From contig NC_042997.1 of the NCBI RefSeq assembly GCF_006345805.1, forward strand, positions 120,218,001 through 120,282,000: a stretch of 64,000 nucleotides of DNA, in the 5' to 3' direction. Shown here one piece after another: positions 53,560 to 64,000 of the stretch. Source of the DNA: Octopus sinensis. Taxonomy: Eukaryota. Each line of letters opens with the position of its first letter. The stretch's first letter is position 1. The translations under genes and the position numbers were made by a program. A model generated the notes under the pieces. It saw nothing but the letters and a program-made list of their open reading frames with translations, was not told the DNA's origin and did not search any database.

Positions 53560-53732
53560 TATATACGACGGGATTCTGTCAGTTTCCGTCTACAAAATCC
53601 CACTCAAAAGGCTTCGGTCGGCCCGAAGCTATAGAGGAAGACACTTGACCAAGGTGCCACGCAATGGGACTGAACCTGGAACCATGTGGTTGATATGCAA
53701 GATACCTAACACACAGTCACTCCTACGCCTAT
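53341..53732 (-). mobile_element. SINE family A whose 5' end abuts a U6 copy
   Basis: Minus strand starts ATAGGCGTAGGAGTGACTGTGTG, the same start as the 50261 copy. It has an internal deletion in the tail. Confidence 0.9.
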
Positions 53733-53733
53733 T

Positions 53734-53813
53734 AAAAAAAATATGGAACGCTTCACGATTTGCGTGTCATCCATGAACAGGGACCATGCTAATCTCTGTA
53801 TCGTTCCAATTTT
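53734..53813 (-). pseudogene. U6: 5'-truncated U6 spliceosomal snRNA copy
   Basis: AAAATTGGAACGATACAGAGATTAGCATGGTCCCTGTTCATGGATGACACGCAAATCGTGAAGCGTTCCATA+T8 matches metazoan U6 from about nt 25 to the 3' end (ACAGAGA box, AGC triad). The 5' stem-loop is missing and AGA is deleted after the box. Confidence 0.95.
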
Positions 53814-54339
53814 TAAAATATTTACACAATATTTGTGTATTCCTTCTATGTTAAATTATATTTATATACAAAACTCCAGCATTTGGTGTAAATAGTAACT
53901 AGTTTCATTTCATTTCGATGACATTTCAAAGAATTTGGTTCAATGGGGTAAACAGTACTCACATTTGCTTTTTCACCGTAGGAATCAACAGGTACCTCAG
54001 AGGAACCTTCAATACATCATATATTTGTATATGTGAGTGTGAGTGTGTATGTGGGTGTGTAAATTGTATGTGTGTGCTCACGTGCATATGTGTTTGTGCA
54101 TGTGTATGTGTATATGTATGTATATTTATACCCATATACATCTATATGTTTATACATGTATGTATAAACATATACAGACACATATGCAAACACATGTGTA
54201 TTCTTCTGTGTTTATGTGTGTATGTGTGCGTGCGTGAGTGTGTGTGAGTGAGTGTGTGTTTGTGTGTGTGTGTGCGTGCATGTGGATGTGCATGCGAGTC
54301 CATGCAGCTCGATCCCACATCGCCACAAATGCTGCCAAG

Positions 54340-55800
54340 AAGTGCCACAAATAGTAATCAATGAAATCGAAAATACCCTCACTCTAATGAAAATAGACAA
54401 AATTCCCGGTGATAAATGTTAAGTTGCAGAGGTGAATAGATGCGGAAAATGCTCGTTCTATGTTTCAATCGCTATCAGAAGTAGAATATGATATCGTCGA
54501 CGCGGAAAGAAGCAAATACCTATCTAGTTCATAAAAAGGGTGATAAAGATTTGAAAAACCCATCACCCTAAATTCTTCTTGGCTCACCTGTACCAGCTGT
54601 TTCTCAATAGTCTAAAAAAACACTTTGACGTCCAACAAGCAAGAGAGCAAGCAGATTTCTATAAGATCTATAGTATAATAGATAATGTATTCACTCTAGC
54701 ATATCTCGTAAAACGGGCGAACGAATACAAGCTTCCTTTGTGCATTGCATTTGTTGATTATGAAAAGGCCTTCCATAGCGTGGAGATGAACGCAGTGTTG
54801 AAATGTCTGGAAAAGCAAGATATTGCAGCTAAATACAGCAAACTGCTCAGAGATGCGAACACTGAATGCACAACAGATCTATCTTTGGTATCTCTACCAG
54901 TAAGGATCACAGCGGAAAAGGGTGTCAAGCAAGAAGATACCATCTCTCCAAAACATTTGGTCTCATGTCTAGAAATGGTCATCAAGGACATCGATGGGCA
55001 GGTGGTGTGAAAATCAATGGCAAGCAAGTAACACACCTCCGATTCGCAAATGACATTGTATTCGTCTCTCAAACCACAGGCTTGCTGCAGACCATGCAGT
55101 TAGAGCTGAGCACTCAGAGCTTAGAAGTAAGACTTAAGATAAAGCAATATCTATGTGGTCCGAAATGTAGCACATAGAGATGGGAAGCGATGAGATTGAG
55201 AAGGGAAAATAGTACATCTACCACGGGCACACATTAAATATGCGCTGAAATATAGATGCTGAAATTTTAAGAAGAATAACGCCAAGATAGCCGCTATTTA
55301 ATAAAAGACCTGATGCGAACAAAGTTAGACAAAGCCATACGTGTCAGACTCCTTAATAGCACTGTCCTACATGTGCGCATACACGCAAGTGAGACGTGGC
55401 CTACTACGAAAAGGATAGAACATTGATTGGCTTTAGCGCAAAGAGCCATGGAAAATTCCTTACTAAGAATATCCCAAAGATAGCACATTAGAAAAAAATT
55501 AATTCGAGAATGGAACGATGTGAACGAAGTGATCGCAAAGTACCGAAGTCAAAAGATCCGCTTGGGCGGACATGTCGTAAGGTTCACTGAACGCAGATGG
55601 ACCCGTGCAATGGCCAACTGGCATCTAAGAGATCGGAAAAGGCCACTTGAACGGTCTTAAAGACGATGGGGAGACAATGTAGTGACACAATTTAGGTCGA
55701 AGCGAAAAAGAATGGTGCAATTAAAACAAAATTGGAAGCGTATTGTGGACAGCGGTGTGCGACGACATCTGATTGTCTTGACGATATTGCGCAACTATGA
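54340..55800 (+). mobile_element. Decayed RTE-clade LINE reverse transcriptase region
   Basis: REQADF..IDNVFTL..EYKLPLCIAFVDYEKAFHSV..KGVKQEDTISPK..HLRFANDIV (the catalytic FADD is mutated to FAND), with a later ASETW motif. Frameshifts and stops are present. Confidence 0.93.
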
Positions 55801-56865
55801 TATATGTGTGTGTGTGTGTGTGTGTTTGTACTTGTGTGCCTCTCTATGTGTATGCGCACGTGTATATATATATATAAATATATTTATTTATACATATATA
55901 TATATATATACTCTTGTGACATCTATCTGCTCTACAATATCCATATGTGCGTGTAAGCTTATGTATATGAGTTTGTATATAGACAAACATGTATATACGC
56001 ACACCCACATGCACCCACACATGCACGCACACACACACAGAAACACACGCACACACACAGAAACAGACACACACACAAACACACACAGATATCTACTTTT
56101 GGTGATGCAATTTAAGGAAAAGTTTTATCTCATACTTTCTTTGCTGTAAGGAAATTAACAGTTTATTCGAAAGCAGTTTGTATCTCCATGGGTTCACTAC
56201 TAAGTGCAAACTTTCAGTGAGTCTTAATATTCTGATATGAACCAAGAACTGTACTTTTCTTCTTGCATAAATAAACCAATGATAAAGATTTGCTTCAGGA
56301 TTCCGCTGATCTTTGAAGTATAAAAAGAAGAATTAAGCTGAGAAAAATATCTAAAGTCTGAAAGTAAGATTGAAGTAAGATTGAAGTCAACAAAGAATTA
56401 TAAAAATGTAACACATATTGAATATCTCTTAATTGAAAAGATTTTTTATCGATAAACTGCTTCAAATATTTTACAAATATCTACCTTCACACATGCACTC
56501 TTGCATTCACTCACATGAAATAGTTTGAGGTGTTGACTCATATTCACGAGACATTCATTTGGATTCATTAGTTCCCAATGGAAAGCAATTCAAACCTCTA
56601 CGAATTTGTAGTTTGTCCAGTTTAAGTAAACAGGATCTAACTATAATGGATAGGTTAATATATGCCTTTATCCAACTATACTGATCAATTTCTTTTTTGT
56701 TTACAGGTTGACAATAATACACTGCAATTATGACTGGACAGATCATTCAATGCTCTGAATCATCCTATCGACCACAGATTTTACTTCAGACGAGAAAGTA
56801 TTGTATTGATCTCTGTGTATCGAATCACTTGAACAGCTTAATACAAGACACAGCACAGTGAAATC

Positions 56866-56926
<61 letters not shown>

Positions 56927-57212
56927 TGTCAAGAGTAAATGGAAACTGTAAGTTTTAAAAGATTATTTCCAGAAACAAAATAACGTTATCGATGTTTTGA
57001 AATACGTAAGTCAGTATTAAGGAGACATGCCTAATGCAGTTTATAACGATTCCTCCTCATTCGGCATCGTGCGAAGGAGTAATGTCTGCAAAGATAAGAC
57101 TGTATAATGATTTGTGTGTATTTATTCTTCAGTCGTTTATGTACACAATTGAAATATACTACACCCATATTTATACGTTTATTATAGAATGCTTGTTTTG
57201 CATTATGATATA

Positions 57213-57256
<44 letters not shown>

Positions 57257-57492
57257 TATAAAATAGTGTACATTTAGACACAAGAGAAAACTGCCTTCAA
57301 CAGTTTTTATAAATGCTAAGCCACTGGTGGTGAAATTTCTAAAAATACTCACTACCCTAAATATATATATATATATATATATATGAGAGCAAAACATCTA
57401 GTTTTAAATCTTTGAGCCAGAAATATGCCATAAGAGTACTGAATAACACTACTTCCCAAACGAATGAGGCAGTCCTATACAAGGGCGACCTT

Positions 57493-57832
57493 ACTGTTGT
57501 TTAGCCCCAGGAAAATGTTTTCCAGTTTTCGTATCCGTATAATGTAAGTAAGGGAGATCATAGCTCCCATCTCTAGCCCTAGGTGATATTCACAGACCTA
57601 GGATTCTGGGTTTATTTCCCGTCCTCGGTGCGAGACAATCAGAGGTGAGACAATCACAGGCAGGACAACCTGTGATTCTCTCGAAACGAGGACAGGAAAA
57701 AATCCGGAAACCTACGTCTGTAATTAACACGTAGGGCTAGAGATAGGAGCGATGACCTCTCTTACACTATACGGACTCAAATTCTGTGTCGATAGCCAGC
57801 TGGGAAACATTTTCCTAGGGTTAAACAACAGT
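57493..57832. mobile_element. Fold-back (fully palindromic) MITE-like element, probable TA TSD
   Basis: TA|CTGTTGTTTAGCCCCAGGAAAATGTTTTCCAG ... CTGGGAAACATTTTCCTAGGGTTAAACAACAG|TA. The arms pair inward to an 8-nt loop (57661-57668). Confidence 0.8.
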
Positions 57833-59157
57833 AACATCGTCCTTGCATAAGACTGCGACATTATGTTTGCAAATAAACTTTACTATATTTATATATATAT
57901 TATTGAGAATTTCATGTCCTCATCATTAAATTGTGTTGTGTGTAAGATATTCTTATTTCTACGCCTAAAGCTGCTCTTTTTTCACGAAATTAAATCTTAT
58001 AAATTACATCCTATAATCGAGAAAAAAAATACTTCCATGTCGTTGTCCTTCACATACTCATAAGATTTCGCTAGAAATTAAAGCCGTAAGGACTGAACTT
58101 CAGGCAAGATTAGTGAAGTTGCATCCTTCGATATATTATGTCTGAAAACAAGACGTTTGCAAGGCGTTTTTGCATAACAGATCGATTAGAAAAGACTTAG
58201 GACTACAAAATAATTCTTTTCCATTATTTTGGAAATGATAAGTGGATCCCCTTCAAGAACATGAAATAAGAAATAAATTCCTATTTCAATTAAAAAGCAT
58301 TTCTTTTCCATTGTTCTCTTTTCTGCGAACAGGTTGAGAACGGAACACTCAACTTGAAGATAATTCAATTCCTAAAAATATCCTTTCCTCTGTCATATGT
58401 AACTGTGTCGCAGACATTGTACGTCGCCTTTAGATTTAGAAAATACTTCAGAACCAAGTTGCCAGAGGTCCGAAAAGAAGACACTTTAGTTGTAACTTTG
58501 AACTTCCCGCTACAACATTAAGAGTCATTTACACACACAAACACACTAACATATAGATACATGGACGTTCAATCCGGCAAGTCACTCAAAATTATTCTCT
58601 TATCTAAATGGTTAGCGTTTACTGTATCAACGTGTTATGTTCACTAAAATAACTTCGCGCCTCTCGTTTATATGAAGTTGACAGAACTTTGTCAAAATAG
58701 TTAAGAATGAAATTAAACTCCTTATCATAATTTGTTCCCTGAATTTCCTAAGATATAAATGATGATTAACGGATGGATAACGTTTGGCATTTTGTCTGGT
58801 TTTCCCCTTGTATATAGTCGATGATTTACCTCCTTGTGTCATTGTAGAGTTTTACAATTTCCAAGGTAGCTACAAAATTGTATCTGACGTCGTTTCAACA
58901 GAAAAGTCTTGAATTTATTTAGGATACCAAAGAGAAAAGCATTACAGTATGTGGTTTAGTTGAATCTTATTTTATCCAAAGCAGAAAAATATATATCAAA
59001 TACCAATAAAATTGACGATTGTTACTTATTAAAGCTGAAGATTTATGAGTCAACTATTTTCCTACATATCAAGTATTGAAAGGACTTGAATTTTTCATTC
59101 CGTATTTCCCTTACCATATTAGCAGTATTCATGTGATTTCTTTAAACGACTGCATCT

Positions 59158-59562
<405 letters not shown>

Positions 59563-60007
59563 TGTCTATATATCTATACATACATACTAATGTATCTAAA
59601 TCTGTTTTAGAAATTCTTAGAAATTACTTAAATATTGCTATCAGTTTCATGGATTCATTTTTTAGTGTACGGTTTCCTTATTTTACTATTTTGATTCGAA
59701 ATTATAAGGGTAATATTTACGTAAGTTATTTCCCACAATTATTTGCCCGGCTGTATGAGATAACTATACATATATAGCAATATTTGAGTCCATGAAAATA
59801 TTTTTTTGTTAAATATTAGCCCTTCACTACAGAATGCATACCACATATCCTCTGCGTGTCATCTATACCACTTCCAAGTTATTGTCTTCTACAAATAGTA
59901 TTTTAGTGAAGTGCAGGAATTTTGTGTTCACTTCCATCCTTGATCGATTGATCTGAGGTTCATAGATAAATGTTCTTGTTTGTATTATTATATATTTTAC
60001 TCAGATA

Positions 60008-60284
60008 TTTACTCTTTTACTTTATTATTGTTTCAGTCATTTGCCTGTGGCCATGCTGGAGCACCGCCTTTAGCCGAGCAAATCGAACCCAGGACTTATT
60101 CTTTGTAAGCCTAATACTTATTCTGTCGGTCTATTTTGCCGAACCGCTAAGTTACGAGGATGTAACATACCAGCATCGGTTGTCAAGCGATGTTGGGGGA
60201 AACAGACACACAAACGTATAAATTACTTATATACATACATGTATATACATACTTATATACACATACTTATATACATACATGTAC

Positions 60285-60315
<31 letters not shown>

Positions 60316-60354
60316 TATACTTATATACATACATACTTATATACATACATGTAC

Positions 60355-60419
<65 letters not shown>

Positions 60420-60527
60420 ATCACGTGACCGACCAGACCATCAGATGTTGTTACACATCGCTGGTCACAATGTGTTCGCATTGCTTTAGCCTTCGAATTA
60501 CGCCACCCCGCTGGCTAAGCGAGCAGG

Positions 60528-60571
<44 letters not shown>

Positions 60572-60687
60572 ACGTCAAGCTTCTTTCACTTTCCGTCTAC
60601 CAAATCTAATCACAAGGCTTCGGTTGGTCCGAGGCTATAGTAGAAGACACTTACCCAAGGTGCCACGCAGTGGGACTGAAACCGGAA
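60008..60687 (-). mobile_element. SINE family A with expanded centre and a nested insertion
   Basis: Tail at 60008-60210 and head half at 60575-60687 (first ~40 nt missing), separated by microsatellite and the 60413-60530 insert. Confidence 0.88.
60413..60530 (-). mobile_element. 5'-truncated SINE family C nested in the (TA)n of a family A copy
   Basis: TCACGTGATCACGTGACCGACCAGACCATCAGATG..GAGCAGGCCAA matches the 3' end of the 12649-12959 copy. Confidence 0.88.
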
Positions 60688-60899
60688 GTAAAGTGTTTTT
60701 AAATTATTCGTTTTAATGACATTAATGGACTCAGCTTTCATTCTGTAGGACTCGTTTTTTCAATTTTATACTTTGCTGAAACGAAGAACAGCTGGTTATC
60801 TGCAGTTATAAAGTTATGTAACGCAGCCACTTACAAAACTTTGAGTTGAATTAAGTTATTGAAGTGTATTATATTATATATTAAGCAACGTTCATTAAT

Positions 60900-62320
60900 A
60901 TCTGTTCTATCTACTTCAGGATTTCCCAAAGTGCTTCCTATAATCCTTAGCGTCTTGTGATCGATATCACTGTACAAATGTTATATAGAGTATATTTATG
61001 GGCCCATTAATGAGAATAACATTTACGATTCAAATCGAAATTATCACCATTACATACACGGGATTACACTGGGACTTTTTACTTTCCTTGATACTGGATT
61101 AAGCACACAAGTTTTTGTATGTTTATTTCTAAACATAAGATACTTGTTAATAGATGTGCCATAGTTTTATTGCTTGTGGAAAGATCTTTCATGTAAACGG
61201 TTTCCTTCCCGTTATTCAATAGTGAAAGACCATTTGCAGTCGATAATAAAAGCTATTCTATTTCATACGGAATATATGGCTTTTTCGTACTGAGTATATT
61301 GCTTGTAGTGGTGTTGTATATGAATGGGATTAGCTTTGCGCCGACACAGAGTATCTGGTGTATTATTGTCAGTACCAGCATTGAAAAGGCTTGCTTTGAG
61401 CAAATGCTTTGACTTTGGCTGAGATAATATTATATTCCTATACGTACATCTTTCTCATACTTTTTAATTGAGGTTAACGCTTAGCAGAACTTGTGATTTA
61501 TGAAGTAAAAACTTTGACAGGAGTTGGCTAAAGATTGCGGTTCTTCCTATCACTTTCTTTATGACTGGTTCCTGATTTTATATCTTACTTGTAGCTCAGC
61601 GGAGATGATTTGTTTTTATTGTGAAGTCTTGTGTGTTATTATCCTTTACATTGTGCTGGTAGCTTCACTTGTATTTCCATTCTTGTCGCTTTTGACTAAT
61701 GTATATGTTTCTAAAAATTGTGACATATACGAATTACTGTTGTGTAAACTTTATTTCGTTGTACTCTGAGTAAAAATGGAGATGTGACATGATTCTTTTG
61801 TCATATATTTATTAATATTAAAATATTCTCTTTCTGTGTTTAGTTATAAAGACGTAGATGGGACTAAGACGTTGTATAGTTTGAACAACTTTAGCATTTG
61901 ATAAAGGATTGCAGATTTGTGAATTACTACCCTACGCAGATGATCATATAACATTAAAGTATCCAATATATCAGATGTCCGAAAGCAGTATAAAGGAGGC
62001 AGTAATATTAGAGAATAGAGTGTTATCTGGAATGTCTATCAGAAGTTTAAAATTTAGAGTAAAATGATAAATTGTAGTGATATCACAAATGTCTCTAAGT
62101 AGTTTAAAATTCAAGAGAAAATTAGTGTCAGACTTCTACTATTAAATAGTTAAGTATAGTTCCATTGTGGTATAGGGAAACTATGATGGAAACAAACAGA
62201 GTTGAAATATCATAGAACATAGGATTGTAAATAATACTGAGTTCTTGAATGAATAGTTCTGTTATAATAATTAGGAGAGAGACACAGTATATGATGAGGT
62301 TTACTGTATAGATCACTATC
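60900..62320 (-). mobile_element. Highly decayed Penelope-like element (RT to GIY-YIG)
   Basis: Minus frames MFYDISTLFVSI (like PLE RT FDIxSLYTxI) near 62200 and NRLHERSFHKQ*NYGTSINKYL (like GIY-YIG RYxxHxxSF..TxLSKY) near 61150-61200, in the expected order. Confidence 0.35.
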
Positions 62321-63099
62321 GATGCATGAATTCCGTGTTGGGGTTAAATTCTTGTTTTTCAGTCATACATTGCTGAATTCAAACGACATTATTCAATTAC
62401 AGTTTAGATATTATTCTACTTTTCTTAAAAATCATGATTTAAAAAAATATATAACGATATATTCAGAACAGAAGTCTATATTAATATGTGAGGAATTTTC
62501 ATTAGGTTTGAAATGCGGTGTATATTTAGCTGTGTTTAACTCTTGAAACGGTAGCATCACTATGATTTATGAAAATACACAACTTAATTGTTCTAGTTCA
62601 TTTTCATAAGCATTTGGCCCCTATCGTCTTCGATAACCACGCTTTAAACCTTCCCTATGTATGTCAGTATATCTCTGTAAGGTTAATACCCTTTTCGGGA
62701 CAACTCAACCATAGTAATATTTACATAGAATAACTTACACTAGGCAATATTTGGAACTGTATACCGATAGGCAATATAAATTTATCACGGCTATTTTATT
62801 ATTCGTTTGGAGGCAAATTCTGTTTATCATTTTATTATTTGGTATAACCTAAGCATGTCGTTAGATTTACCATCATTAATTGCCAATATCATTTCATATT
62901 CTGAATGTAATTTTATATAGTTCGAACAAATTTCCTCCTACTTTCTCTCCCACCCACTTTCACTTCCTCTCTCTCTTCCACTCTTTCTCTTTCATTTTCT
63001 CTCTCTCTCTATGCATATATACATACGAATATACATACATGCATGTGTGTTGTGTGTGTTGTGCGCGTTGTGTGTCTGTGCGTGTGTATACACGTAGAC

Positions 63100-63146
<47 letters not shown>

Positions 63147-64000
63147 TATATACATACATACGTACATACATACATACATGCGTACGTACATACATACATA
63201 CGTATGTACATACATACATACGTACATACATACATACATACATGCATACATACATACATACATACATACATACATACATACAGACATACATACATACATA
63301 CATACATGCAAACATATAGATACTGAGAGCAGTGAGGTTTATTCCGAATCTGATAAAGGAAATAGTGTGGATGGGAGCCTACGTTAAAGTATGAACTAAA
63401 AGCGAAGAATTGTTCCTGATTTACACAACATTCTACATCTATCAATTTTTTGGGTAAATGCCAAATAAAACAAGTAAGAAATTTGTGTCATTAATTCGCC
63501 AACTTAGAAAATTGATTTATAGAATTCTTGAATCTAAACGAAAAATACTCTATTTACAATAATTTCATTTCTTACAACAGGAATAGAATATTAGCCATAA
63601 TTGATTTCTAACCCAGACATGAGATCTTGGATTTATAGTGAGTGTATTAAAATATTTCTGCAGGCAGAAAGCCAGTCTTGTAACGAATGAGTGCATATTA
63701 GATACTGCAAACGACAGAAGAGAGAAGATAAAATGCAGAGAATAACGTGAGTGAGTCTTAGCAACGGAATCGTGGGTGGCTAAATTAAATATTTTATTTC
63801 CCTAAAATCATTTTTACTGAAGTTCTGATAATGATACGTATAACTGATGCATACAAACACGCTTTATTTGGGGTGAGGTGTACTCCAATAATTTTGACGT
63901 TCATCCCACCCGTAAAAATCAACAACAAAACACAGAGACAGCAGCGAAGGGAATTAATTTAGCGACGGCTACTAAGTGAAAATGAAACAACATTAAACTA

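Noticed and set aside
52390-55800. The two RTE fragments as one interrupted element
   Set aside because: The order is wrong (C-terminus lies upstream of RT), and each fragment has its own xETW C-terminal region, so they are independent insertions.

Overview
AT-rich, repeat-dense, non-coding eukaryotic window. The tRNA-derived SINE families, Penelope-like (PLE) remnants and very long (TA)n/(TATG)n microsatellites point to a coleoid cephalopod, most likely Octopus (inference from repeat content, not verified by search). I found no intact host protein-coding gene; nearly all ORFs in the track are microsatellite translations or decayed transposon fragments. Content: at least five tRNA-SINE types (my labels A, B, C, E, F; about 20 copies), decayed RTE, PLE and other LINE pieces, two Tc1/mariner derivatives, two non-autonomous Helitrons, a ~340-bp fold-back element and a 5'-truncated U6 snRNA copy fused to a SINE head. 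Main observation: many minimal hammerhead ribozyme (HHR) motifs. These include one fully canonical copy (46352-46440, minus strand) and a tRNA-headed SINE (F) whose tail reconstructs to a Penelope-type HHR. One F insertion (21542-21895) carries an inverted tail fragment that begins at the predicted cleavage site. All folds and alignments were made by eye.
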